Source: an uncultured Clostridia bacterium (GTDB lineage: Bacteria > Bacillota > Clostridia > Oscillospirales > Acutalibacteraceae). From it: DNA of 64,000 nt. The DNA lies in assembly GCA_944412445.1 (NCBI GenBank), contig CALYBJ010000007.1:3825-67824 (forward strand), given 5' to 3'. Made by a program: the position numbers and the translations under genes. The notes beneath the pieces are model-generated. The model made no database searches. It had not been told where the DNA came from and saw only the letters and a program-made list of their open reading frames with translations. How positions within the stretch are numbered: the stretch's first letter is position 1; the number at the start of each line of letters is the position of its first letter. Below are positions 9,297-19,240 of this stretch, in pieces.

Positions 9297-9408
9297 GGCA
9301 AACACCTCCTAAAATTATTACATTTAGATTATAATTATATAATTATTTATATTAAATGTCAATAAATAATTAACAATTAATTAATAATTAAAATAAAAAA
9401 AACAAATA

Positions 9409-9438
9409 TTGACTTATGTAAAGGAACGGCGGTATAAT
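9409..9438 (+). promoter_or_regulatory. Sigma-A-type promoter for galM
   Basis: It has TTGACT (9409-9414), an 18-nt spacer and TATAAT (9433-9438). Confidence 0.5.
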
Positions 9439-9470
9439 GAATAGGAAATAATATGCACGGAGGATTTCAA

Positions 9471-10517
9471 ATGGCAGTAACAGTAACTGATTTCGGAACA
9501 CTTGAAAACGGAAAAAAGGTTGAAAAATATACAATAACGAATAAAAACGGAATGTCAGTGTCCGTAATAACCTACGGAGCGGCAATTTCGAATATTTTCG
9601 CAAAGGACAGGAGCGGAAAGCTTGCTGATGTTATAGTAGGCTTTGACGATTTGGAGGGTTTTGTAGAAAGAACTGATTATCAGGGAGTGACGGTAGGTCC
9701 TTACGCCAACAGAATAGGAAACGGAAAATTTTCAATAGACGGAAAGGAATACAGGCTTGCGGTAAATGAAAACGGCACAACGTGTCTTCATTCCAACGGA
9801 GAATTCAACACTGCCGTATGGGATGCGGAGATAATAGATGAAAATACGGCTGCTTTCAGCTATAAAAGCCCCGACGGATTAAACGGATTTCCGGGAAATC
9901 TCGAGGTAAAAGTCGAGTTCAGCTTAACGGATAAAGATGAATTGAAGATTGAATATTATGCTGTTTCCGACAAAAAAACAGTAATAAACTTGACTAATCA
10001 TTCATATTTCAATTTAAGCGGATTTGATTCCGGAGCAATAACGGACCATGAAATCATGATAAACGCTGATAATTTTACGCCTGTTGACAGGCTCAGCATA
10101 CCTACCGGAGAAATAAGAAGCGTTGAAAATACGCCTTTTGATTTAAGAAAGCCGAAAACAATCGGAGAGGAAATCGACAGTGATTATGAGCAGATAGCTT
10201 TTGCGGGAGGCTATGACCATAATTTCTGTATAAACGATTACGATAAAACGCTGAGGAAGGCTGCTGAGGCATACGATAAAAAATCCGGCAGGAAGCTCGA
10301 GGTTTTAACAGATTTGCCCGGAATACAGTTTTACGCCGGCAACTTTTTAAGCGGTCAAAAGGGCAAGGACGGAAAGCCCATCGACAAGCGCACGGGCTTT
10401 TGTCTTGAAACCCAGTATTTCCCCGATACGCCCAACAGACCTGAATTTCCCCAGTGTACTTATGAAGCGGGAGAAGTATATACTGCTGAAACCGTGTATA
10501 AATTTTCGGCAGAATAA
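9471..10517 (+). CDS. galM: Aldose 1-epimerase (galactose mutarotase)
   Basis: GalM-like blocks are visible throughout (GFDD, GPYANRI, F..DG..Y.L..N.....LH, NLTNHSYFNL, GFCLETQ.FPD). The ORF track starts at 9453, but the GGAGGA RBS sits 6 nt before ATG 9471. Confidence 0.85.
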   Translation: MAVTVTDFGTLENGKKVEKYTITNKNGMSVSVITYGAAISNIFAKDRSGKLADVIVGFDDLEGFVERTDYQGVTVGPYANRIGNGKFSIDGKEYRLAVNENGTTCLHSNGEFNTAVWDAEIIDENTAAFSYKSPDGLNGFPGNLEVKVEFSLTDKDELKIEYYAVSDKKTVINLTNHSYFNLSGFDSGAITDHEIMINADNFTPVDRLSIPTGEIRSVENTPFDLRKPKTIGEEIDSDYEQIAFAGGYDHNFCINDYDKTLRKAAEAYDKKSGRKLEVLTDLPGIQFYAGNFLSGQKGKDGKPIDKRTGFCLETQYFPDTPNRPEFPQCTYEAGEVYTAETVYKFSAE

Positions 10518-10618
10518 GCATATTTGATAATAAAAATCGGTTATGTTGTAAAATTCTATTGCAAATCGCATTTTGATGTTATATAATAAAATTATGTAAA
10601 AATAGGAGGTACTGCCTT

Positions 10619-13303
10619 ATGAAAAATGCTTTCAAAAGGTTTTTGTGCGGATTTCTCAGCATACTGCTTGTTTTCGGAACAGGCATAGGGGCTTTTGCTC
10701 AGGAAGCTGAAGTTACTCCGGTAGTCGTAGTTAACGACATATACAAAAACCCAATTGTAAATACTGACGACAACAGCGTTGTATTTAATTTCAGCGATTA
10801 TCAGTATGATATTTTATTTACCGACGGATTCTCTTCAGATATTCTTGATCTTTTCAGCAAGGATGTCATAGATAAAATCCAGAGCGGCGAAATGTCCGAG
10901 ATGGATATTATCATGCTGTTAAGCGACTATCTGGGATACAGCGAGGATCTTAACAAAATAGTTAATAAGGTTATGGAAATCGTAATGGAGCTTATGGCGA
11001 ACATGGGTTCAATGGATATTGAGTCTTTGCTTGCCAACTTCAGCTTCGATACCATAATCAACGGAATAAAAGATAAGATCAGCGAAAAGGTAAGCCAGTT
11101 TAAGCTTCTTAAAATGAATGATGACGGAACTCCGGCTTATGACAATATCGGGATTATATCTTATCCCGAATCTCTTGAGTATTATTATGACGACGATATT
11201 GATTCCGCTTATGCCATGGCAGGAGATATTGCCCAGAGCATAGCCGAAAAAATCGGATATGAAAATACATTTGTATATACATACGACTGGCGTCTTGACC
11301 CTGTTGCCAATGCGGATGAATTTAATAATTATATCGAAACTGTTAAAGAAAAGACCGGAGCTGACAAGGTTACGGTAATATCTGAGGGATACGGTTCCGT
11401 TATTGCAACAGCTTATCTTGCCGCATACGAAGATGCCGCCGCATCCAGCATTAAAAATTTCGTAACGGTTTCCTCCGAGTTTTTGGGAACATCCGTAGTA
11501 GGCGACTACTTTAAAGGCGATATCGTAGATGAGTTTACCAACATAAACAGCTTTACAAGCGCTTATATCCGTTATACAAACGATTTGTCGGACAATCCGA
11601 TTACAGCTTTTACAACTTGGCTTGTAAACTATATTTTAAACCGTAACTGGGAGATACAGGGCTTCTGTGTAAATGTAGCAAGTATCCTTTCTGATTTTGA
11701 GTTCTTCCTTGACAATATAGGAATAACCGCAGAATTTGCAAAGATGCCCGGCGTTTGGGCGCTTGTGCCGGCTTCCGATTTTGATGACGCCGTAACATAT
11801 ATATACGGCGACAATGTAAATCAGGCCGTATATGAAAAGGCATCTGCGTACAAAGCATATCAGAATGACTATGAGAATATCCTTCAGACAGCTAAGGCAA
11901 ACGGAATAAATGTAAGCGTTGTGGCCGCATGGGATCTTCAGTTACTTCCCGTCGGCGAAAACAACAGCGTACAGAGTGACGGAATAGTAGATACCGCTTA
12001 TGCCAGCTTCGGCGCTACGTGCGTTGAAATCAACAATGTGACCGACGCCATGAAAGCAAAGCAGGCTGCTGATCTTAAACATGATCACATTTCTGATTCT
12101 TACGATATGCTTACACCCTGGTATTCATACGGCGGAATATGTCATTATATTGACGCTTCAACCTGTGCTTTGCCCGAAAACACCTGGTTTATAAAGGATA
12201 TGAAGCACGGAACCTTTGATCCGGAAAGCAATTCCATGAATTTTATTATTTGGCTTGTTACTGCCGAAGGTGAAAGAACAGTTTGGGATGATGTTGCCTA
12301 TATGCAGTTTATGCAGTACAACAGGTTCTTTAACCCCGGAATACTTCAGTCCAACGGTGTTTCCGCAGTAGAGCCGGCTCCCGGAAAATATCTTTTAGGC
12401 GATATAAATCTTGACGAAAAGGTAACCTCCATAGATTCAAGACTTGCATTAAGAGCGGCAGCAGGACTTGAGCCTATAGAAAAGGATACGATTCAGTTTA
12501 AAAACGGAGATGTTTATACAGACGGCGTAATCAATGCCGCAGACGCAAGAAAGATTCTTTTGATGTCTGCCGGACTTGTTGATGATATGCAGAGCGGCAT
12601 AGATTTTGATTATGTTGAAGAGCAGGGGCTTTTAAATAAATCAGAGTATGAGCTTGAGTTAAGACCTTATTATGATTCTGTTAAAAATACCCTTGAGCTT
12701 ACTGTTGTTGTAAAAGATGCAATAGACAGCTACAGCGGAAACTTTGTAATAAAATATGATGCGGATATGCTTACATACAGCAGCGTTGATGTATATGATG
12801 TTAAGGACGGAAATGTAGTAGCGGGAGCACCTGCCGGAATGGACGGAGTCCTGACCTGCGCATATTCCTTGACCTATGCCGTAACACAGGAAAACTGTGA
12901 TGAAAACGGCGATATGATTTTAGCAACATTCTCTCTTGATGTATCAAGAAAAAATGTTTATGACACGGTTATCACTGCCGGAGCCTCATACTTCTATGAA
13001 AACGGAGAAATGACATTTGTTGAGCCTGTTGAGTTGAAGCTTGACGAAGAATTTTTCCTTATGCTTGGCGACGCTGACAACAACAGATACCTTTCCGCTG
13101 CGGACGCAAGACTGATATTAAGAATAGCGGCACAGCTTGAAAAGGTTGCGGATGATTTGATGTTTAAGAGATGCGATGTTGACAAGGACGGAAAAATTAC
13201 AGCAAAAGACGCCAGACTTGTCTTAAGAGCTTCCGCAAAGCTTATTGATTCCTTTGATGAAGAAGGAACGAATTTTGAGGAAGACCTTACGGTTGAATCT
13301 TAA
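10619..13303 (+). CDS. Secreted LCAT/lipase-like alpha/beta-fold protein carrying a dockerin, a cohesin-like module and a second dockerin
   Basis: The signal peptide is MKNAFKRFLCGFLSILLVFGTGIGAFA/QE. A YDWRLDP block typical of LCAT/lipase-like hydrolases is present. The C-terminal third contains two dockerins flanking a ~130-aa beta-rich module. An AGGAGG RBS lies upstream. Confidence 0.75.
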   Translation: MKNAFKRFLCGFLSILLVFGTGIGAFAQEAEVTPVVVVNDIYKNPIVNTDDNSVVFNFSDYQYDILFTDGFSSDILDLFSKDVIDKIQSGEMSEMDIIMLLSDYLGYSEDLNKIVNKVMEIVMELMANMGSMDIESLLANFSFDTIINGIKDKISEKVSQFKLLKMNDDGTPAYDNIGIISYPESLEYYYDDDIDSAYAMAGDIAQSIAEKIGYENTFVYTYDWRLDPVANADEFNNYIETVKEKTGADKVTVISEGYGSVIATAYLAAYEDAAASSIKNFVTVSSEFLGTSVVGDYFKGDIVDEFTNINSFTSAYIRYTNDLSDNPITAFTTWLVNYILNRNWEIQGFCVNVASILSDFEFFLDNIGITAEFAKMPGVWALVPASDFDDAVTYIYGDNVNQAVYEKASAYKAYQNDYENILQTAKANGINVSVVAAWDLQLLPVGENNSVQSDGIVDTAYASFGATCVEINNVTDAMKAKQAADLKHDHISDSYDMLTPWYSYGGICHYIDASTCALPENTWFIKDMKHGTFDPESNSMNFIIWLVTAEGERTVWDDVAYMQFMQYNRFFNPGILQSNGVSAVEPAPGKYLLGDINLDEKVTSIDSRLALRAAAGLEPIEKDTIQFKNGDVYTDGVINAADARKILLMSAGLVDDMQSGIDFDYVEEQGLLNKSEYELELRPYYDSVKNTLELTVVVKDAIDSYSGNFVIKYDADMLTYSSVDVYDVKDGNVVAGAPAGMDGVLTCAYSLTYAVTQENCDENGDMILATFSLDVSRKNVYDTVITAGASYFYENGEMTFVEPVELKLDEEFFLMLGDADNNRYLSAADARLILRIAAQLEKVADDLMFKRCDVDKDGKITAKDARLVLRASAKLIDSFDEEGTNFEEDLTVES
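12398..12580 (+). other. Dockerin module 1 of the 894-aa protein
   Basis: The sequence reads GDINLDEKVTSIDSRLALRAAAGL ... NGDVYTDGVINAADARKILLMSAGL. Confidence 0.65.
12647..13045 (+). other. Cohesin-like module
   Basis: The sequence reads LELTVVVKDAIDSYSGNFVIKYDADMLTYSSVDV ... GVLTCAYS ... GDMILATFSLDVS. This resembles the cohesin pattern (V.V.... G..G.QF.I.YD...L........G......G.I.F........G.LA.I.F.V). Confidence 0.5.
13064..13246 (+). other. Dockerin module 2 of the 894-aa protein
   Basis: The sequence reads LGDADNNRYLSAADARLILRIAAQLE ... CDVDKDGKITAKDARLVLRASAKL. Confidence 0.7.
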
Positions 13304-13314
13304 TAAAGAATAAT

Positions 13315-13346
13315 AAAAAGCGATGGTTTCGGCCATCGCTTTTTTA
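13315..13346. terminator. Bidirectional rho-independent terminator between convergent genes
   Basis: The hairpin is AAAGCGATGG-TTTCGG-CCATCGCTTT. It is flanked by an A-run upstream and a T-run downstream. Confidence 0.8.
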
Positions 13347-13359
13347 TGTGTTTTAAAAC

Positions 13360-14538
13360 TTAAACATTGTCCTGTTCATAAGTAAATAAAGGGAGCGGGA
13401 ACCAGGAGGAGCAGGGAGCCGGCAGGAGATTTCTTTTTTCGGAATAAATGCTTCCTACGAGCCGCATCGCTTCCGGATGACTTAAAACGATATCCGGTTT
13501 TTCGTCTGTTTCTTCAACATTAACGGTATTATCCTTTACCGTTATTTTTATTTTTTCCGGGAGTTTTGAACCGTCGATAAATAAAACACATTCTCCGTCA
13601 GCAAGATTTTTATAAGTTGATTTCAGCTTTAAAAAGGCTCGTATAACATTTTCATAACAGAAAATATTAAACTGATCGGGATGGTTTACGGAATATTCCT
13701 CGCAGTACAGGCTTAAATACTGAGTAAGGGGAATGTCAAATTCCGGAGCGGCTATTGTTATTTCTGCGGTGCCGCTGTTTTCGCCTGAAAATTTTTCCGC
13801 AACGCTTAGAGCGGATATTAAAATCTGTTCTATGGAGTCGGCGTCTTTGTAAAAGATTTCATATACATAGTTATATGACGAATTGAATACGAACCAGCCC
13901 TTAAATTCACCTTTTTCAAATACTCCGTAGGGCTTGCCTTTCCATGAAACGAGAATATCGTACATCTTGCTTAAAGGCCGCTGCGCCTTAAAATTTCTGC
14001 TGTTGTAAATATCATATATCTCCTTCAGCGTATCTGCGTCCTCAGGAGTTATTTCTCTTGCCTCGCAGGTTTTTTTAATGTTTTTTTTCAATGCGTTCGT
14101 TTTTGTATATTTGAATTCATAGCGGATTCCGGCAGGCTCGTATGAAAAATGCTCATACCTCTGTCTTCTGCCGCAGAGAAAAGAATAGTCCGTCATATTC
14201 TGCTTCATTTCGTCAAGACAGTAAGCCATGCAGAATCTCATATATCCGGCGCCCCTGTAATCGGGATGCACGGCAACATTGCCGATGCCGCCGGTTTTAA
14301 GAGTTTCTCCGCATACGCTCATCTCTCCGTAATAAAGCCCCACGGCAGCTCTCATTTCGCCGTTAACATCAAGGACAATATTGTTTGAAGCCGGTTTGTA
14401 TTCGGGCTTGTAAAGCTTCGGGAGAAGATTCTGAAATTTGTCAAAATCCTTTTTAAAGCTGAAGGAGGTGTTTAAAAGCTCCATGACTTTATCGTATTCA
14501 GCGTCATTGCCGTGATTCATGTGAATGTATTCCGACAT
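13360..14538 (-). CDS. Eis-like GNAT N-acetyltransferase with a C-terminal SCP2-like domain
   Basis: It has the acetyl-CoA motif VAVHPDYRGAGYMRFCMAY. The 392-aa, three-domain length is typical of Eis/Acetyltransf_9-17 proteins. An AGGAG RBS lies upstream. Confidence 0.65.
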   Translation of the reverse strand: MSEYIHMNHGNDAEYDKVMELLNTSFSFKKDFDKFQNLLPKLYKPEYKPASNNIVLDVNGEMRAAVGLYYGEMSVCGETLKTGGIGNVAVHPDYRGAGYMRFCMAYCLDEMKQNMTDYSFLCGRRQRYEHFSYEPAGIRYEFKYTKTNALKKNIKKTCEAREITPEDADTLKEIYDIYNSRNFKAQRPLSKMYDILVSWKGKPYGVFEKGEFKGWFVFNSSYNYVYEIFYKDADSIEQILISALSVAEKFSGENSGTAEITIAAPEFDIPLTQYLSLYCEEYSVNHPDQFNIFCYENVIRAFLKLKSTYKNLADGECVLFIDGSKLPEKIKITVKDNTVNVEETDEKPDIVLSHPEAMRLVGSIYSEKRNLLPAPCSSWFPLPLFTYEQDNV

Positions 14539-14689
14539 AAAAAAACTCCTAATATTTTAATGTTTTTTATATAATACCACAGGCATATAAAAATTTCAAT
14601 TTTTAAAGATAATATTTTATCATGGAGAATTATCAACATATAACATATAAAATTTTTAATATAATTAAAATAAATATAATAATCATTAC

Positions 14690-14718
14690 TTGCCAATTTA
14701 AGAGGATTGTGATATACT
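14690..14718 (+). promoter_or_regulatory. Sigma-A-type promoter for ruvCAB
   Basis: It has TTGCCA, a 17-nt spacer and an extended -10 (TGaTATACT). Confidence 0.5.
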
Positions 14719-14751
14719 AAAGTGAATTATGATAAGTTGGTGAAGTATAAT

Positions 14752-15249
14752 TTGATTATATTGGGAATCGATCCCGGATATGCGATTGTAGGGTACGGCG
14801 TAATCGAGTATTTGAACAATCATTTTAAGGTTGTTGAGTACGGAGCCATCACCACGGAGGCTCACACGGAATTTCCTCAGCGGCTTTTGCATATATATAC
14901 GGAGCTTCAGGAAATAATAAAGCGTAACAAACCGGAGGCAATGGCTATTGAAAAGCTTTTTTTCAACACAAATGCGAAAACGGCAATAGATGTGGCACAG
15001 GCAAGGGGAGTAATACTTCTTGGAGCTAAGGAATCGGGCTTGGGAATTTTTGAGTATACGCCGCTTCAGGTAAAGCAAAGCGTAGTAGGCTACGGAAGAG
15101 CGGAGAAGAAGCAGGTTCAGGAAATGACAAGAATAATGCTTGGGCTTGAGAAGGTGCCGAAGCCTGATGACACGGCGGACGCTCTTGCCATGGCGATTTG
15201 TCATGCTCATTCAAGCTGTTCATCTCTGGGGATGCTTAAATACAGATGA
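14752..15249 (+). CDS. ruvC: Holliday junction resolvase RuvC
   Basis: It has [17 protein letters not shown] and a C-terminal [13 protein letters not shown]. The ORF track starts at GTG 14722, which lies only 4 nt after the predicted -10. TTG 14752 has a GGTGA RBS 8 nt upstream and gives a typical 165-aa RuvC. Confidence 0.88.
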   Translation: MIILGIDPGYAIVGYGVIEYLNNHFKVVEYGAITTEAHTEFPQRLLHIYTELQEIIKRNKPEAMAIEKLFFNTNAKTAIDVAQARGVILLGAKESGLGIFEYTPLQVKQSVVGYGRAEKKQVQEMTRIMLGLEKVPKPDDTADALAMAICHAHSSCSSLGMLKYR

Positions 15250-15265
15250 GAGGATAAAATAAAAG

Positions 15266-15868
15266 ATGTTTTACAGTCTTACGGGAAATATAATAATGAC
15301 GGACGGCTCATCGGTAGCGGTTGACTGCGGAGGAGTAGGCTTTAAGTGCAGCGCTTCCCTTAATACGCTGAAAAAAGTGGGTTCTCCGGGAAGCAGAGTT
15401 ACTCTTTATACATATCTTGCCGTAAGAGAGGATATGCTGGAGCTGTTCGGATTTTACGATATGCAGGAGCTTGAGTGCTTTAAGATGCTTATATCTGTTT
15501 CGGGAGTGGGACCGAAAGCGGCGCTGGCGGTGCTGTCAGAGCTTACGCCTGAAAAATTGGCTTTTGCGGTATCCTCAGGAGATGCAAAAGCCGTTACGAG
15601 AGCACAGGGAGTAGGGCCTAAAATCGCACAAAGAATAATTCTTGAGTTAAAGGGAAAGCTTACCGCGGCGGCGTCGGAGGAGGACGCCGGACCGGAAACA
15701 ATGACGGGAAGCGATTTGTCTTCAAAATATGGGGAGGCTGTAAGCGCCCTTCAGTTTTTGGGTTATACTCAGTATGAAGCGTCAAAGGCTGTACGAGGAC
15801 TTGATTCATCCCTGACCGTTGAGGAAATGATAAAAAAAGCGTTAAGCACACTGTCAAAAAACATTTAA
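15266..15868 (+). CDS. ruvA: Holliday junction branch-migration complex subunit RuvA
   Basis: It has the HhH motifs (LISVSGVGPKAALAVLS, GVGPKIAQRIILELK). It sits between ruvC and ruvB. Confidence 0.92.
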   Translation: MFYSLTGNIIMTDGSSVAVDCGGVGFKCSASLNTLKKVGSPGSRVTLYTYLAVREDMLELFGFYDMQELECFKMLISVSGVGPKAALAVLSELTPEKLAFAVSSGDAKAVTRAQGVGPKIAQRIILELKGKLTAAASEEDAGPETMTGSDLSSKYGEAVSALQFLGYTQYEASKAVRGLDSSLTVEEMIKKALSTLSKNI

Positions 15869-15884
15869 GGGAGCTGTTTTGTAA

Positions 15885-16910
15885 ATGAGCGAAGAAAATG
15901 AATACAGAATGATGACTCCCGATTTTACATCGGCTGATTCGGATACGGAAATTACATTAAGGCCGAAGACTCTTGAAGAATATATAGGACAGGAGAAGGT
16001 AAAGGAAAACCTTAAAATATATATGGAGGCGGCAAAAGCAAGAGGAGAAACTCTTGACCATGTACTGCTGTACGGACCTCCGGGGCTGGGAAAAACCACA
16101 CTGGCAGGGATAATTGCCAATCAGATGGGCGTTCAGATAAGGATAACATCGGGACCGGCAATTGAAAAGCCGGGGGATTTGGCTGCGCTTCTTACAAATT
16201 TAAACGAAGGCGACGTGCTTTTTATAGACGAAATACACCGCCTGTCAAGAAGCGTTGAAGAGGTGCTTTATCCTGCGATGGAGGACAGTGCTATCGACAT
16301 AATAATAGGAAAGGGACCTTCCGCCAGATCAATAAGGCTTGACCTTAAAAAGTTTACTCTTGTGGGCGCTACAACAAGAGCCGGTCAGCTTACGGCGCCG
16401 TTAAGGGACAGATTCGGAGTGGTGTTAAGGCTTGAGCTTTACACATCCTATGAGCTTGCGGAAATAGTAAAAAGAAGCGCCGGAATACTGGGAATTGACA
16501 TAGATGACGACGGAGCATTGGAAATAGCTTCAAGGTCAAGAGGCACTCCGAGAATTGCAAACCGTCTTTTAAAGAGAGCCAGAGACTTTTCCCAGGTAAT
16601 AGGCTCGGGAATAATAACGGAAAAGGATGCAAGACTGGCGCTTTCCAGAATGGAAATTGACGAGCTGGGACTTGACAATATCGACAGGCTTATTCTCACA
16701 ACCATGATAAACAACTATAACGGAGGGCCTGTGGGGCTTGACACAATAGCGGCGGCAATAGGCGAGGAAGCCGTAACAATCGAGGATGTATACGAGCCTT
16801 ATTTAATGCAGATAGGCTTTTTGGGAAGAACCCCCAGAGGCAGAGTTGTAACAAGCGCAGCGTATGACCATTTGGGAATCAAGCAAAAAGGCCAGCAAAG
16901 CTTTTTTTAA
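15885..16910 (+). CDS. ruvB: Holliday junction DNA helicase RuvB
   Basis: It has [12 protein letters not shown], Walker [10 protein letters not shown], Walker [10 protein letters not shown] and [10 protein letters not shown]. Confidence 0.95.
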   Translation: MSEENEYRMMTPDFTSADSDTEITLRPKTLEEYIGQEKVKENLKIYMEAAKARGETLDHVLLYGPPGLGKTTLAGIIANQMGVQIRITSGPAIEKPGDLAALLTNLNEGDVLFIDEIHRLSRSVEEVLYPAMEDSAIDIIIGKGPSARSIRLDLKKFTLVGATTRAGQLTAPLRDRFGVVLRLELYTSYELAEIVKRSAGILGIDIDDDGALEIASRSRGTPRIANRLLKRARDFSQVIGSGIITEKDARLALSRMEIDELGLDNIDRLILTTMINNYNGGPVGLDTIAAAIGEEAVTIEDVYEPYLMQIGFLGRTPRGRVVTSAAYDHLGIKQKGQQSFF

Positions 16911-16964
16911 ACTTTTTTTAATAGAATAAACACAAAACATAAAAACTTGACGGAGGAATATCTT

Positions 16965-18314
16965 ATGGGCAGATTATTCGGAACAGACGGCGCCAGAGGC
17001 GTTGCCAATACGGAAATTACATGCGAGCTTGCAATGAAAATAGGCAGAGCGGCGGCAATGGTGCTTGCTGAGAACACAGCGTATAAGCCTAAGGTTTTAA
17101 TAGGAACAGACACGAGAAAGTCGGCAGATATGCTGGCATACGCATTAGCGTCGGGCTTGTGCTCGGTAGGAGCGGATGTTTTAATGCTGGGAGTAGTTCC
17201 CACGCCTGCCGTAGCGTTTCTTGTAAAGGAATACGGATATGATGCCGGGGTAATGATTTCAGCGTCCCATAACCCCTGCGAATACAACGGAATAAAGATT
17301 TTCCAGTCAACGGGATACAAGCTTCCCGATGAGATGGAGGAAGAAATCGAAGCTATAATACTTGACGAGGTAAAACAGCCTCCTGTTGTAATAGGCGGTG
17401 AGGTAGGAAAGGTAACTCTCGCTCAGAACGCAATAAGGGATTATATAAATCATATAGCCGACACCGCGGACAGACATTTCTACGGTATGAGAATAGCTCT
17501 TGACTGTGCAAACGGCTCCGCAAGCGTAACGGCAAACACACTGTTCAAACAGCTTGGCGCCGAGTGCGTAGTAATAAATGCGAATCCCGACGGAACGAAC
17601 ATTAACGAAAACTGCGGTTCAACTCATATAGAGGGACTTTCTCAGTTTGTAAAGGAGCACGGCTTCGAGCTTGGTTTTGCCTTTGACGGAGATGCCGACA
17701 GACTTTTGGCTGTAGATAAAAACGGAGAGCTTGTTGACGGCGATAAAATAATGGCTATCTGCGCGAAGTATTTAAAGGATAACAACAAACTTAACGGAAA
17801 TACTCTTGTAGCCACGGTAATGAGCAACATGGGACTTTTTGAATTCTGCGAGAAAAACTCAATAAACTGTGAAAAGACAAAGGTCGGCGACAGATATGTT
17901 CTTGAGAGAATGCTTGAAAAGGGCTACCATATAGGCGGCGAGCAGTCGGGACATATAATTTTCCTTGACCACGCAACCACAGGCGACGGACAGTTAACAG
18001 CCGTACAGCTTTTAAATATAATAAGAGGCACGGGAAAATCACTTGACGAGCTTGCCTCAGAAATGGAAATATTCCCCCAGGTTCTTAAAAATGTTAAGGT
18101 ATCTGCCTTCGGCAAGCACAGGCTCAGTGAGGATCAGGACATAAAGCTTGCAATAGCTGCGGCAGAAAAAGAGCTGGGCAAAAACGGAAGAGTTCTTGTA
18201 AGAGCTTCGGGAACGGAGCCACTTGTAAGAGTAATGCTTGAGGGCAGAGATTACGAGCAGATAGAAAGACTTGCGGGCACAATAGCTCAGATAGTTGAAG
18301 AAAGGCTTATATAA
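16965..18314 (+). CDS. glmM: Phosphoglucosamine mutase
   Basis: It has MGRLFGTDGARG, the phosphoserine loop SASHNP, the Mg site FDGDADR and GEQSGH. The ORF track starts at TTG 16947, but the GGAGGA RBS precedes ATG 16965. Confidence 0.93.
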   Translation: MGRLFGTDGARGVANTEITCELAMKIGRAAAMVLAENTAYKPKVLIGTDTRKSADMLAYALASGLCSVGADVLMLGVVPTPAVAFLVKEYGYDAGVMISASHNPCEYNGIKIFQSTGYKLPDEMEEEIEAIILDEVKQPPVVIGGEVGKVTLAQNAIRDYINHIADTADRHFYGMRIALDCANGSASVTANTLFKQLGAECVVINANPDGTNINENCGSTHIEGLSQFVKEHGFELGFAFDGDADRLLAVDKNGELVDGDKIMAICAKYLKDNNKLNGNTLVATVMSNMGLFEFCEKNSINCEKTKVGDRYVLERMLEKGYHIGGEQSGHIIFLDHATTGDGQLTAVQLLNIIRGTGKSLDELASEMEIFPQVLKNVKVSAFGKHRLSEDQDIKLAIAAAEKELGKNGRVLVRASGTEPLVRVMLEGRDYEQIERLAGTIAQIVEERLI

Positions 18315-18315
18315 T

Positions 18316-19197
18316 ATGCGGGTATCCGATAAATGGAAGGATTACGAGCTGATTGACTGTTCAATGGGGGAAAGGCTTGAGAGATGGGGAAATGTAACCC
18401 TTATAAGGCCCGACCCTCAGGTAATATGGCATACGGAAAAGAGAAATCAGCTTTGGAGAAAAGCCGACGCCAGATATTTCCGCTCAAACAGCGGCGGCGG
18501 CAAATGGGAAGTATATAAAAAAATACCCGACCGCTGGACCATAGGATACGGGGATTTAACGTTTAATATAAAAACAATGGGCTTTAAGCATACGGGGCTG
18601 TTTCCGGAGCAGGCTGTAAACTGGGACTTTGTAGCGGATACCGTAAAAAAGCAGAACCGTGAAGTAAAGGTTTTAAATCTTTTCGCATATACGGGAGGAG
18701 CTACGGTGTCGGCGCTTAAGGCAGGAGCTGCCGTAACTCATGTGGACGCCTCAAAGGGAATGGTGTTATGGGCGAAGGAAAACGCCCTTTCATCAAAAAC
18801 CGAAAAATGCCCCGTAAGATGGCTTGTTGACGACTGTATAAAATTTGTTGAGCGTGAAATAAGAAGGGGAAATCATTACGATATAATAATAATGGATCCG
18901 CCTTCATACGGAAGAGGCCCCGGGGGCGAGGTCTGGAAGCTTGAGGACGAGGTGTATCATCTTTGCAGACGCTGTTCGGAGCTTTTGACCGAGGAATCCC
19001 TTTTGTTTTTGCTTAACTCCTATACAACGGGGCTGTCACCGGCGGTAATGCAGTATATACTCGGCTCCGTAATAAAACCCTTGTTCGGAGGAAAGGTAAC
19101 GGCAGACGAGCTGGGGCTTCCTGTAACGGAATCGGGACTTTGTCTTCCCTGCGGCTCCACGGCTGTTTGGCAGAAACAGAACATAAATCAGCAATAA
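18316..19197 (+). CDS. Class I SAM-dependent methyltransferase (RlmK/YwbD-like, probable rRNA methyltransferase)
   Basis: It has VLNLFAYTGGATV (SAM motif I) and IIIMDPPSYG (motif IV). ATG 18316 follows the glmM stop. The ORF-track start at 18295 overlaps glmM. Confidence 0.7.
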   Translation: MRVSDKWKDYELIDCSMGERLERWGNVTLIRPDPQVIWHTEKRNQLWRKADARYFRSNSGGGKWEVYKKIPDRWTIGYGDLTFNIKTMGFKHTGLFPEQAVNWDFVADTVKKQNREVKVLNLFAYTGGATVSALKAGAAVTHVDASKGMVLWAKENALSSKTEKCPVRWLVDDCIKFVEREIRRGNHYDIIIMDPPSYGRGPGGEVWKLEDEVYHLCRRCSELLTEESLLFLLNSYTTGLSPAVMQYILGSVIKPLFGGKVTADELGLPVTESGLCLPCGSTAVWQKQNINQQ

Positions 19198-19240
19198 TAA
19201 ATATCAAAGAGAAGAAAATTAAAGTAAAAGGAATAAAAAG

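Noticed and set aside
9306-9452. A very AT-rich 147-bp spacer with many short TAATTA/ATAAT repeats. I considered it as a possible origin-like, CRISPR-leader-like or mobile-element end.
   Set aside because: It has no DnaA-box clusters, no regularly spaced repeats and no inverted terminal repeats. It is simply a divergent promoter region between the FHA operon and galM, and a good sigma-A promoter lies inside it.
14698-15210. Long antisense ORFs opposite well-supported genes. Examples: 14698-15210 opposite ruvC, 40538-41482 opposite the M28 peptidase, 42904-43383 opposite the NUDIX gene, 33933-34430 opposite aroC, 23153-23737, 10102-10521, 20272-20760 and 27569-28129.
   Set aside because: Their translations are low-complexity or rich in C/R/F/L, with no recognisable motifs or RBS. 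Each lies fully inside a gene with strong family signatures on the other strand. They are typical shadow ORFs.
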